Shown here in pieces: positions 48,564-56,889 of a stretch of 62,580 nucleotides of DNA. This DNA comes from a virus. Lineage: Duplodnaviria; Caudoviricetes. Made by a program: the position numbers and the translations under genes. Under the pieces are notes generated by a model. It was not told where the DNA came from, did no database searches, and saw nothing but the letters and a program-made list of their open reading frames with translations. Position 1 is the first letter of the stretch. Every line of letters begins with the position of its first letter. The stretch lies in IMG/VR virus record IMGVR_UViG_3300025759_000093, positions 1 through 62,580 of that record; one strand, 5' to 3'.

Positions 48564-49825
48564 TATATTAATCTTTTCAAGCCATCAACTTGTTTTGATA
48601 AGTCTTTTATAGCTTCTATTAATAATGGAACTAACTTTTCATACTTAACAGCTTTGTAGCCATTATCTCTAGTATCTACAACTTCTGGTAATACTTTTTC
48701 TATTTCTTGAGCTATAACACCTACATCATGGCCGCTATTGCCGTGGACTTCTTCTTTTTCTATCCAATCAAACTCTATACCTTGTATTTTATTTACTTTG
48801 TCTAAAGCTTTGTCAATACTTTTAATGTTGTCTTTTAATCTAATATCAGAACTAGAATAAGCAACTATATCATTTGAAGCATCTATTCTACCAGTTGTTG
48901 CTGATGCATTTGCACCAACACCTAAAGATTTTGTTATTTTAGTTCCTCCATTTCCATAAACTATAAGTCTTTGAGTACCACTACTAGTAGCAATTCCACT
49001 AGATAATGTAATTCCAGTTCTTACTTGGAATGCAGTTCCATCACTTCTAGTAGTACCTACACCAACTCCAGTGTTTGAGCTATTGCCCCATCCATTGACA
49101 ATATTGCAACCAGCAAACGTGTTTTGGTCTGTAGTTAGAGCCAAAAGAGGATTTCCTGAAGTATCAGGCATTCGTATACCACATCCTACACCTTCTACTC
49201 TTATCATTCCACTAGAAACATGTAGCTTATCAACAGGACTAACAGTTCCAATACCTACTAGGCCTGAGGAATTAATAAGCAAATCTGCGTTAGAAGTTGT
49301 GGCAGCTGCGCCAAAACCTAGTCTAATATTAGCATTACCTATCACGGCAAATCCTGCAGAACCTCTACCAGTATACACTACAGTTTCATAATTATTTTGC
49401 ACTTTAATACCATTAGTACCTGCCGATCCAAGCGTATCTAAATTTAATGCATTTCCTACTCCTGTAACTCTTATATTACCAGCAACAGCTAATTTCTCTG
49501 CAGGGCTAGTAGTTCCAATACCAACGTTGCCTCCAGAAAGTATTGTCATTTTCTCTGAGCCATTGGTCCAAAGAGCTAATGTTGAAGCTTTATAATTAAG
49601 AAGATTAACCTGACCGTTAGAAGCATTGTTTATTATCTGAAACCCATTGGAATTAGTGTCTGATGAGTTTGACATTTTAAGTCTTGTTTGTCCAGTTGAG
49701 TCGTTTCTAACATGAAGATAAGTGGCATTGGCTGTTGATGCCACTTCTAGTTTTGAGTCTGGACTAGTTGTTCCAATACCTACACTACCATCAACACTTA
49801 TACCATCTAAAAAATTTATAGCCAT
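48563..49825 (-). CDS. Tail fibre with C-terminal intramolecular chaperone (peptidase S74)
   Basis: G(N/S/L)VGIGT repeats; SSDIRLKDNI, GVIAQE and AVKYEKLVPLLIEAIK motifs. Confidence 0.88.
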   Translation of the reverse strand: MAINFLDGISVDGSVGIGTTSPDSKLEVASTANATYLHVRNDSTGQTRLKMSNSSDTNSNGFQIINNASNGQVNLLNYKASTLALWTNGSEKMTILSGGNVGIGTTSPAEKLAVAGNIRVTGVGNALNLDTLGSAGTNGIKVQNNYETVVYTGRGSAGFAVIGNANIRLGFGAAATTSNADLLINSSGLVGIGTVSPVDKLHVSSGMIRVEGVGCGIRMPDTSGNPLLALTTDQNTFAGCNIVNGWGNSSNTGVGVGTTRSDGTAFQVRTGITLSSGIATSSGTQRLIVYGNGGTKITKSLGVGANASATTGRIDASNDIVAYSSSDIRLKDNIKSIDKALDKVNKIQGIEFDWIEKEEVHGNSGHDVGVIAQEIEKVLPEVVDTRDNGYKAVKYEKLVPLLIEAIKDLSKQVDGLKRLI

Positions 49826-49847
49826 TTAATTTGATTTTTTTTTTATA

Positions 49848-51107
49848 TTATCCCATTTTTTGAATCAATGCTGTTAAGCTTTGAGCCGTGCTTGTTGTAG
49901 CTGTTACTACATTAACACTTGTTCTATCTACTTTAGCAAATACTGTTTCTTTACTTGCTGTATCATATAGTTCACAAGTGACATTGTTTGTTCCAAAATT
50001 ATGAGTAAATGTGTGAGTGGTAGTATTTGAACTAGTTAATACTTTTTGTCTAGCTGCTACTTGTAGACCAACATTACTAGCAAAATCAGGCCCAGCATAA
50101 ATACCTTGACTTGTAACTCCCGTTATTTGACCAGTTGCATTAACCGTAATTCTTGGTACTAAAGAAGCATCACCATATGTACCTGCAGTTACAGTTGTTG
50201 GTTTAAGAGTGACTGCACCAGCTTGTGATACTTGAAAATTAGTTTGTGAAAAACTTGCAATACCAGGTGTAGTAGTTGTAGCTAAGCCAATGTTATTTTG
50301 AACAGTAACCCAGTCTGTTAATGCTGTTGGTGCATCTGAATCAGCTATAAGCAAATCACCTACTTCAACGACCTCTGTAAAGAAATTACCAGCTGCTGTT
50401 ACAACATATACCCAACCTTGTTTAATACTCGACGATGGAGATGAATCAAGATCTGGAGTGTTAGTAGCAGCGTTATAGCCACCTTGAAATATTAAAGCTC
50501 CTGAACCAGCTGATGAAGCATCAACATAAGCTTTAGTAGCTGCGTCTGTATTAGCAACAGGAGTTGCTAATTGCTGAAGCTTAAAACCTCCCATACTCAC
50601 AACTGCAGTAGCAGCAGCAAAATTACTAAAAGGTATATGACTCATTTTAGTTTTATTAACCGCTAATTGTTCTGAAGTATCTCCAGCAGTTCTAAGTATA
50701 TAACCCGCTCCAGTACTCGAAGTAGCCGTAGCTGCGTTTATAATGTTATTAGCTGTAGCTGCATAGTTAGCAGCAATATTTATATTATTGCTACTTGCTG
50801 ATATTGTTAACCCAGTTCCGGTGGTTCCACCTGAAAAGAATACAACATCAGTTGAACCATCACTACCTGTAAGAGTTATTTTTCCTTGGTTTACATTTGC
50901 AGCTGCTGCTGGTAATGTGTATGTAGCTCCACTTGCTGCTGGATCTACCCACTCAGTTCCGTTATAATACTTAAATGCTTTAGCAGATCCTGAATCGAAC
51001 CATATCTTACCTTCAGCTACTGATGGAGCTGTGCTATCTACTTGTAGTTTAGCATCAAGTAATTGGTTAGCATTTAAGTCTAAATTATCTAAAAAATTTA
51101 TTGCCAT
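49848..51107 (-). CDS. Tail fibre/spike protein
   Basis: Ala/Thr/Gly-rich; DAATKAYVD and AGTYG...ITVNATGQIT fibre motifs; N-terminus MAINFLD shared with the next fibre. Confidence 0.8.
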   Translation of the reverse strand: MAINFLDNLDLNANQLLDAKLQVDSTAPSVAEGKIWFDSGSAKAFKYYNGTEWVDPAASGATYTLPAAAANVNQGKITLTGSDGSTDVVFFSGGTTGTGLTISASSNNINIAANYAATANNIINAATATSSTGAGYILRTAGDTSEQLAVNKTKMSHIPFSNFAAATAVVSMGGFKLQQLATPVANTDAATKAYVDASSAGSGALIFQGGYNAATNTPDLDSSPSSSIKQGWVYVVTAAGNFFTEVVEVGDLLIADSDAPTALTDWVTVQNNIGLATTTTPGIASFSQTNFQVSQAGAVTLKPTTVTAGTYGDASLVPRITVNATGQITGVTSQGIYAGPDFASNVGLQVAARQKVLTSSNTTTHTFTHNFGTNNVTCELYDTASKETVFAKVDRTSVNVVTATTSTAQSLTALIQKMG

Positions 51108-51112
51108 TTTGT

Positions 51113-51622
51113 TTAGTTTAAATACGCCTTACCTGAAAAGGCTGCGCTAAATGTTATTGTTAATGAGTTTGTGTTATTATATGTTACGTTTCCGTATTTG
51201 ATAACGTTAGAATCACTTACTACTTCTACAGAGCAAAATTTATCTAAGTTATGTGTTATAGTCCAAGTAGTAGATGGTATACTTTGAGTAAATATAAAAT
51301 TAGCATCTGTTGGAATATTAACAACTTCAAAGTCTACTTGATTAGTTAATGTTTGAGAAATATCTATGAAGTTTCCTTTTCCTTTTAATTTTACATTATT
51401 TATAGTACCATCTAGTTGGTCTGTTAACTTTAAATCTACTTCACCGCCTTGAGTACCTGTATTGGCATCAACAGCGGTCAATGTGTAAGTAGTATTTATT
51501 AAAGTTTTTAAATCTGTTAACCTCAATTGCTTTGTACGTGCATCATCTGCCATATCGGAGATGATCATTCGATCATCCCCTATTGGCGTAGTCTTTAATG
51601 GATAAGAATATATGACAGCCAA
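51113..51622 (-). CDS. Structural (fibre-associated) protein
   Basis: C-terminal WTITHNL...FSGKAYLN module similar to the fibre C-terminus. Confidence 0.65.
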   Translation of the reverse strand: MAVIYSYPLKTTPIGDDRMIISDMADDARTKQLRLTDLKTLINTTYTLTAVDANTGTQGGEVDLKLTDQLDGTINNVKLKGKGNFIDISQTLTNQVDFEVVNIPTDANFIFTQSIPSTTWTITHNLDKFCSVEVVSDSNVIKYGNVTYNNTNSLTITFSAAFSGKAYLN

Positions 51623-51625
51623 GAT

Positions 51626-52699
51626 CTACTTATTACCTGATCTTGTTTTCATATGCTTAGTAAGAATCATACTTGGTCCTTTGTACATGGCTGGTTTACC
51701 ATTACCTTTAGCATATTTCCCCATCTTCATACCTGATTGAGCTCCGTATTGAATTTTACCACCCATAGATGGACCTTTCATTCCTGCTTTCATCATCGAT
51801 GTTCCTTTATTGTACATAGCTGCTCCAGCAACTGTTGCTCCTGCTTTCTTATTTTCCGCTTCTGATTTAACTTCAGCTTTAGCTCCTTTTGCTACAGGTG
51901 CAGCTTTTGTATTAGCTTTCTTCTTAACAACTGGTTCTCCTTTTGGTGCTGGCTTAGCCGGTTGCTTAGCTGGTTGCTTAGCTGGTGAAGTCTCCTGAGC
52001 TGATGTTCTCTTAGCTTCTGCAGCTTTCTTAGCTTTTGTTGCTTCGTTCTTAGCTTTTTGCGCGTCAGTTAACTTTGTTTCTTGTACATCTACCTTTTTA
52101 GTAGATTCATTTTTCTTCTTTGCTCTAGCTAATTTTATTCTATCTTTCTTTTTACCTCTAGCTTCTTTTCTATCGGCTCTCATTTCTTTTCTAGACTCCT
52201 TAACAGCAGCTTTTTTCTCTTTTCTGTTTTCTTTAACCTCAGCTCTTTTGTTTTTACGTATGTCTTTTCTCTTAGCTTTTGCTTCGTCTTTAGTAATTTC
52301 TCCTCTTAGTCGTGCAGCTCTTACTTCTTTCTTAGCAGCTCTAGCTTCTTTTCTTTCAGACTTGTTTTCTTGTCGTTTAGTTTTTCTAGCTGCCTTGTTA
52401 GTTTCTCTTTTATCTTTACGAGCGTCTTTAATTTCGTTTCTTTTAGTCTTTCTTGCAGCTTGTTTTGCTTTTCTTTTAGCTTTACCCGCTTTAACCGCTT
52501 TAACAGATTGTAAAGACTTTTTTTCTTCTCTTGTAGCTTTTTTATCAGCCTTCTTATCAGCTCGTTTAGCTTGTCTATCAGCTTTATCTGCCTTTCTAGC
52601 AGACTTAATGTCAGCTTTTGCAGATTTTTTTGCAGCTTTAATAGCAGCTTTAGCCGCTTTCTTAGCTTTTCTTTTTCTTTTTTCTAATGGTGATTCCAT
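51626..52699 (-). CDS. Highly basic Lys/Arg/Ala-rich histone-H1-like protein (putative DNA-condensing core protein)
   Basis: About 190 aa of K/R/A-rich repeats, PAKQ repeats and C-terminal GPSM motifs; first gene of the late block. Confidence 0.7.
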   Translation of the reverse strand: MESPLEKRKRKAKKAAKAAIKAAKKSAKADIKSARKADKADRQAKRADKKADKKATREEKKSLQSVKAVKAGKAKRKAKQAARKTKRNEIKDARKDKRETNKAARKTKRQENKSERKEARAAKKEVRAARLRGEITKDEAKAKRKDIRKNKRAEVKENRKEKKAAVKESRKEMRADRKEARGKKKDRIKLARAKKKNESTKKVDVQETKLTDAQKAKNEATKAKKAAEAKRTSAQETSPAKQPAKQPAKPAPKGEPVVKKKANTKAAPVAKGAKAEVKSEAENKKAGATVAGAAMYNKGTSMMKAGMKGPSMGGKIQYGAQSGMKMGKYAKGNGKPAMYKGPSMILTKHMKTRSGNK

Positions 52700-52786
52700 A
52701 TCATATATTATTTATCTATAATCTTTGTGTTATAGTTTGTTTTTTAATCCTATTTAGTTTATGTCGCTTATCCATCGCGTACATTA

Positions 52787-52817
52787 TAGTAATTCACTTG
52801 TATTTCACGATATTTAC
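52787..52817 (-). promoter_or_regulatory. Class II (late) promoter variant at the head of the late block
   Basis: GTAAA-N15-GTGAATTACTA. Confidence 0.55.
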
Positions 52818-52828
52818 CCTATAGAAGG

Positions 52829-52873
52829 GTGACACTTACCTGTTATTAAGTAGCTTTAAGGGGCTAATGTCAC
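52829..52873. repeat. Inverted-repeat operator/origin-like site, copy 1
   Basis: GTGACA-N33-TGTCAC; shares GGGCTAATGTCAC with the copy at 60927-60970. Confidence 0.6.
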
Positions 52874-52879
52874 TATATA

Positions 52880-53100
52880 TTAGAAATATTGGAGTATTGC
52901 ATAGCGCCACCACAATATAATTTTGTGTAAATAAGAAAATGAAATATATAATTGCGGGTCCCCATTGTTTTATATAATTTAATTGTTATATATGACATTT
53001 ATTTAATATATTATTGTGTCAATGTTATATATATATTGTACAAACTAATTACGACTTATGTTGGATAATATAAATGTAAATAAAATATATAAATAAACTA
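52880..53100. other. Very AT-rich non-coding divergence region (possible origin or genome-end region)
   Basis: Strand switch between late and early blocks; imperfect inverted repeat ATATATGACATT/AATGTTATATAT at 52988-53032. Confidence 0.45.
53039..53069 (+). promoter_or_regulatory. Class I (early) promoter motif
   Basis: TACAAACTAATTACGA-N8-GGATAAT. Confidence 0.75.
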
Positions 53101-53103
53101 ACA

Positions 53104-53232
53104 ATGAAAAACTTAATTAACAACATCGAACTAACAATATTAAAATTATCACTCATATCATTTATATCAACAGTAATATATATGATAGTAGAATATGGAA
53201 TTATTAACTACATATCATTCAATGGAATTTAA
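53104..53232 (+). CDS. Small membrane protein (42 aa), first early gene
   Basis: MKNLINNIELTILKLSLISFISTVIYMIVEYGIINYISFNGI; follows a promoter motif. Confidence 0.55.
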   Translation: MKNLINNIELTILKLSLISFISTVIYMIVEYGIINYISFNGI

Positions 53233-53305
53233 TTAATGTAAATTATTGAGATAATATGTGTAACACTTCTCAACTAATTTTAACTAATAAACAAAGTTAC
53301 ACTCT

Positions 53306-53336
53306 TACAAACTAACAACGAACTAAACTGGATAAT
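53306..53336 (+). promoter_or_regulatory. Class I (early) promoter motif
   Basis: TACAAACTAACAACGA-N8-GGATAAT. Confidence 0.72.
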
Positions 53337-53379
53337 AATAATAACTAAACTAAATATAAATAAATAAAATATAATAACT

Positions 53380-53634
53380 ATGAAAACTAATAACTTAACT
53401 ACAAAAAGATTTGTAATCAGAAAATCATTACTCGGAACTAATTCAGTAATTACTTTCACTAACAAAAAAGGCTATAAATTCACTTATGATCATGATGAAA
53501 TTTACTCAACATTTCAAGAAAAGTTTGAAAGTATGCCGTGTTTCCAACAGTACAAATCTTATACAAATAGTAATACTGTTCCAAAATTCTGCAGAGAATT
53601 AAGTGAAATCTTAGATCATCAAGTTTCTGAGTAA
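53380..53634 (+). CDS. Early hypothetical protein
   Basis: 84 aa with its own promoter motif and an A-rich leader. Confidence 0.7.
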   Translation: MKTNNLTTKRFVIRKSLLGTNSVITFTNKKGYKFTYDHDEIYSTFQEKFESMPCFQQYKSYTNSNTVPKFCRELSEILDHQVSE

Positions 53635-53694
53635 TAAAATAAAGTCCAGTTAGTTCTACTCGTTTACTGGTAAATCAAATATGAATGAGTAATA

Positions 53695-53755
53695 TAGCCG
53701 ACGGGTATATAAATACTTGGGAAAGAGGTGAGGTTCGACTCCTCACTCGGTTACA
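53695..53755 (+). ncRNA. tRNA-like element (acceptor stem + one hairpin + T-arm)
   Basis: TAGCCGA/TCGGTTA stem, CGGGTAT-ataa-ATACTTG hairpin, GTGAGG-TTCGACT-CCTCAC T-arm; too short for a canonical tRNA. Confidence 0.5.
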
Positions 53756-53782
53756 AACTAAATACTATCCAAAGTGGATAAT
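53752..53782 (+). promoter_or_regulatory. Class I (early) promoter motif
   Basis: TACAAACTAAATACTA-N8-GGATAAT. Confidence 0.7.
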
Positions 53783-53809
53783 ATAATAAACTAAATAAAA
53801 TTAATAACT

Positions 53810-54010
53810 ATGTATAATGTAAATAATCCTTCAAACTGGTCTTGGTCAAAAGCTTTTGACGAAATGGAAAAGACTGTAAATCAAGCTGAACTTACTCAGC
53901 AATGTATAAATCACGTTCTCAATTATCCCGGAGAAGCTAATGGTGTCTTCATGACATTAAGTAAATCTCAACAAGATGATGTGTATGAACTACTAAATCA
54001 AGTGCTATGA
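53810..54010 (+). CDS. Early hypothetical protein
   Basis: 66 aa following a promoter motif. Confidence 0.65.
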   Translation: MYNVNNPSNWSWSKAFDEMEKTVNQAELTQQCINHVLNYPGEANGVFMTLSKSQQDDVYELLNQVL

Positions 54011-54213
54011 ATAATCTAAATACTACAATAGACAAAATAGCAATGTCAGAATTTGACATGCACTATTATCAACTCGGTGACAATGAGAAACAATGGTGTC
54101 ATGATGAAATGGTGAATAATCCAAAGTGGCTAAAGAAAGATTGGGAAGATCCATTATTTTGTGTAGCTGATAAGTGGAAAGCTGGTTTACCAATATATAA
54201 AACTTATAAATAA
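54007..54213 (+). CDS. Early hypothetical protein
   Basis: 68 aa, ATGA-coupled. Confidence 0.65.
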   Translation: MNNLNTTIDKIAMSEFDMHYYQLGDNEKQWCHDEMVNNPKWLKKDWEDPLFCVADKWKAGLPIYKTYK

Positions 54214-54232
54214 ACAAATAAAAACAAATAAT

Positions 54233-54391
54233 ATGATAGATAACTATGAATTTGAAATATACTATGGTGACATTGAAGAACCACTATATTTAACTAATGA
54301 TAAAAACTATATTTGCGATGAAATGAGAGATTTCATGGAAGAATTAGGAATAATAATGAATGAAGTAATATATAAAGTAGAAAAAATATGA
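54233..54391 (+). CDS. Early acidic hypothetical protein (52 aa)
   Basis: MIDNYEFEIYYGDIEEPL...; coupled to the next ATG. Confidence 0.5.
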   Translation: MIDNYEFEIYYGDIEEPLYLTNDKNYICDEMRDFMEELGIIMNEVIYKVEKI

Positions 54392-54645
54392 ATAAAATAA
54401 TATTAACAATTGGAGTAGCAAGTTCTTTACTAGCTTCTCCTGCAAAAAAAGATGGTACAATAGTAAACTCAGTAGAAAGAAACAAATATCTACTAAGTGA
54501 AGCTATAAACAATATCCAAGATATGAAAGAGTGGATGCAGAGTGATGTAGACAAAGATAATATAATTACAGATTTAGGTGAATATTATATTGAATATCTT
54601 AATGAAACTGAAGATATGTTACTTGAGTTTTCTAATACAAAATAA
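54388..54645 (+). CDS. Early secreted protein
   Basis: MNKIILTIGVASSLLA signal-like start; acidic helical body. Confidence 0.6.
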   Translation: MNKIILTIGVASSLLASPAKKDGTIVNSVERNKYLLSEAINNIQDMKEWMQSDVDKDNIITDLGEYYIEYLNETEDMLLEFSNTK

Positions 54646-54666
54646 ATACGACAACTAATGGATAAT
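54636..54666 (+). promoter_or_regulatory. Class I (early) promoter motif
   Basis: TACAAAATAAATACGA-N8-GGATAAT-N6-ATG (ATG at 54673). Confidence 0.78.
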
Positions 54667-54672
54667 AACAAT

Positions 54673-54921
54673 ATGAAATACATAAACACAGACAACTTAA
54701 CAGCAATCAATTATGGTGACGGTGAAATCAAACTCATGATCTTCAACAAACATAAATCTCCTTATGGTTACTCACCTCGCGACTTAGTTGTCTCACTGTT
54801 CAGTGTTTCAATAAAAGAATTTACGTACAACTATGTACAGTCGGAAGTAGACAAAGTGTATTCTACTTTCAACTATGATGAAATACACGAACTAATAACT
54901 AAAATAAATAACAATGACTAA
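54673..54921 (+). CDS. Early hypothetical protein
   Basis: Start MKYINT chosen from promoter geometry. Confidence 0.6.
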   Translation: MKYINTDNLTAINYGDGEIKLMIFNKHKSPYGYSPRDLVVSLFSVSIKEFTYNYVQSEVDKVYSTFNYDEIHELITKINNND

Positions 54922-55078
54922 AACTCTTAAAAAAATAGCAATATACCTAACAGAGTGGCACATGTTAAAAATATATGCTACCGTAATGACTACAGCTTTC
55001 TTATGTATTTGGATTCCAACTATGTTTATAGCTATCAAAAATGTAATAATGCAAGTAATCTTACCACTATTTAAATAA
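54914..55078 (+). CDS. Early small membrane protein (54 aa)
   Basis: MTKTLKKIAIYLTEWHMLKIYATVMTTAFLCIWIPTMFIAI...; hydrophobic core. Confidence 0.55.
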   Translation: MTKTLKKIAIYLTEWHMLKIYATVMTTAFLCIWIPTMFIAIKNVIMQVILPLFK

Positions 55079-55079
55079 T

Positions 55080-55313
55080 ATGAAACTAACTAACGAAGAA
55101 AAAGACGAAATTACTTGGAGAGTGGTTGACTCACTATATGAAAAACTAGCTAACGAGTTAGAATATGAACTTGAAGATCATAATAACTTTACAGAAACTA
55201 ACGATGAATTTCTAGATTTATTCAATGAAATGACTATAAAAATAGTAAAATATATGAGAAGTGAACTGTTCTCTCCAGGAACAAGTGAAGACTTAGAACT
55301 TTATAAAAGATAA
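55080..55313 (+). CDS. Early acidic hypothetical protein
   Basis: 77 aa, E/D-rich. Confidence 0.65.
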   Translation: MKLTNEEKDEITWRVVDSLYEKLANELEYELEDHNNFTETNDEFLDLFNEMTIKIVKYMRSELFSPGTSEDLELYKR

Positions 55314-55316
55314 AAT

Positions 55317-55487
55317 ATGACAGAACAACAAGCAATTGAAGCAATCGCTAATGATATACAGGATGGTATCTACGGTTGGACACAGAAATGTGGAACAGAG
55401 TGGCAGAAGTGGACATATTCACTAATGCAAGCAACAAAAATATATAATGGTGAACTAATAATAGACTTAGAAAATGGAAGCAATTGA
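55317..55487 (+). CDS. Early hypothetical protein (56 aa)
   Basis: MTEQQAIEAIANDIQDG...; packed between neighbouring ORFs. Confidence 0.55.
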   Translation: MTEQQAIEAIANDIQDGIYGWTQKCGTEWQKWTYSLMQATKIYNGELIIDLENGSN

Positions 55488-55650
55488 TAGATCTCACGAG
55501 TGGGAAGGCGCGTTTGAAGACGCTAAAACTAAAAAAGCAGTAATGTTTCTAATGATAGAAGAAGTTACAACAAGCACTCCTAATGATCAAGAATTAGGCA
55601 AAAGAATAAGAAAAATAATAAATAACTACAAAAGAAATGAAGACAATTAA
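55474..55650 (+). CDS. Early hypothetical protein (58 aa)
   Basis: Contains TPNDQELGKRIRK; overlaps neighbouring ORFs. Confidence 0.55.
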   Translation: MEAIDRSHEWEGAFEDAKTKKAVMFLMIEEVTTSTPNDQELGKRIRKIINNYKRNEDN

Positions 55651-55770
55651 ATTTTACCCAAGTAATAGATCAATAATAAGATTAGACGGCAAAATGTATA
55701 AAGGTTATACAATTGGAAATATACCTGATGATATTCAAGGATGGTTTAACTATAAAGGATTAACGTTTGT

Positions 55771-55801
55771 TACAAATTAAATACGATTACTATTGGATAA
55801 T
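55771..55801 (+). promoter_or_regulatory. Class I (early) promoter motif
   Basis: TACAAATTAAATACGA-N8-GGATAAT-N6-ATG (ATG at 55808). Confidence 0.78.
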
Positions 55802-55807
55802 ATATAC

Positions 55808-56041
55808 ATGAATACAACAACAATACAAACAAAAGCATGTAAATGTGGCAAAGAGCTACATCCAGTAAGAATTAAGTACGGTTATAACACTTGTGTTAGC
55901 TGTAGCAACGTAGAGCGTTATGGTTGCGCTCCAGTTATCAACCATAAAACTGGCAATAGTATACAAATACTTAGTCGTGAAGATGCTATTAAAATAGCAA
56001 AACTAACTAGACGTAAAGGTTATGGTACTATGCTAAGATAA
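55808..56041 (+). CDS. C4 zinc-finger protein, DksA/TraR finger-like
   Basis: CKCGKELHPVRIKYGYNTCVSC. Confidence 0.6.
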   Translation: MNTTTIQTKACKCGKELHPVRIKYGYNTCVSCSNVERYGCAPVINHKTGNSIQILSREDAIKIAKLTRRKGYGTMLR

Positions 56042-56122
56042 CGGGCATGAGTGTGATGCTGTAACTCGACCTAAAAACATACGAGCGTTAACTCGCGAAA
56101 TAGTGCCTTACAATTTAAAATA

Positions 56123-56165
56123 AGGTCAGCTCATACTTAATCGGTATGGGCTTTTCGTGGTATGA
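56123..56165 (+). promoter_or_regulatory. Conserved hairpin leader element, copy 1
   Basis: AGGTCA-GCTCATAC-N7-GTATGGGC-TTTTCGTGGT-ATG; a second copy with a compensatory change is at 58094. Confidence 0.7.
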
Positions 56166-56332
56166 GTAAACAACAACAAACAATTACCAAACAACTACAA
56201 AACTTGTACTCTTGGACACAATTCTATCAAGAAGTTGGTAATAAAGATCAAATAAGAAAGTGTCAAACTCAAATCGCCGAGTTAAAAAAGGCGTATAATC
56301 AATTAAAATCTAATAAAAATGGCAAAAAATAG
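56162..56332 (+). CDS. Early hypothetical protein (56 aa), not in the ORF track
   Basis: MSKQQQTITKQLQNLYSWTQFYQEVG...; its ATG is part of the conserved element. Confidence 0.6.
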   Translation: MSKQQQTITKQLQNLYSWTQFYQEVGNKDQIRKCQTQIAELKKAYNQLKSNKNGKK

Positions 56333-56687
56333 AACGCTAAACGAAATTAGACAATCAAAAGAGTATCAAATAGCTAAACATAATGCAGATTTACAAGCAG
56401 AAGTAGCTAAAAATACTAATAAAAACCCTAATGTAACAACTTCTAATCCTTTTGAACACGAAGAAGTAGATAAAACTGTTGATCAAATTGTAGAAGACTT
56501 ACAACCTGTAATATATGATACTATATTTGAACTAATTTGTAATGAAATGAGTACAAAATATGTATTTGACTCATCAGAATACTTAACTGAAGCAGGTTTA
56601 GAACTATTTGAAGACGAATGGTTCGAGTTTTATCATGAAAATCATGGTAAAATAATGCATAAACTAATGCTTTGCTACAAAACTTAA
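56319..56687 (+). CDS. Early hypothetical protein
   Basis: 122 aa with an acidic C-terminal half. Confidence 0.65.
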   Translation: MAKNRTLNEIRQSKEYQIAKHNADLQAEVAKNTNKNPNVTTSNPFEHEEVDKTVDQIVEDLQPVIYDTIFELICNEMSTKYVFDSSEYLTEAGLELFEDEWFEFYHENHGKIMHKLMLCYKT

Positions 56688-56691
56688 AATA

Positions 56692-56889
56692 ATGAATAAA
56701 TTTAACGGAATGGAGTCGAAACTTATAATCGACGCACTTGACTGCTACGTAACGCAGGTAGAAAAAGATATATTAGAATTAGAAAAAGATGGTAAAAGAT
56801 CTATATTTGCACCAGGTTTTTATACTAATATATCAAAAGAGTTAAAAGACAAAGTAAGATCTATGACTAAAAAACAAATTACAAACTAA
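56692..56889 (+). CDS. Early hypothetical protein
   Basis: 65-aa ORF. Confidence 0.6.
   Translation: MNKFNGMESKLIIDALDCYVTQVEKDILELEKDGKRSIFAPGFYTNISKELKDKVRSMTKKQITN

Noticed and set aside
7334-52721. Antisense ORFs in the track (e.g. 7334-7735, 46471-46845, 52248-52721)
   Set aside because: They are shadow frames of well-supported minus-strand genes, with composition explained by the opposite-strand codons.
53645-53692. preQ1-I riboswitch or pistol ribozyme
   Set aside because: Only superficial similarity; conserved core nucleotides do not match, and it lies 3' of a gene.
53695-53755. Functional canonical tRNA
   Set aside because: Only ~60 nt, with no 7-nt anticodon loop or D-arm consensus; kept as a tRNA-like element.
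56044-56110. Hammerhead ribozyme (CATACGA-GCG..CGC-GAAA)
   Set aside because: The core deviates from CUGAnGA, and no stem III/NUH cleavage triplet can be formed.
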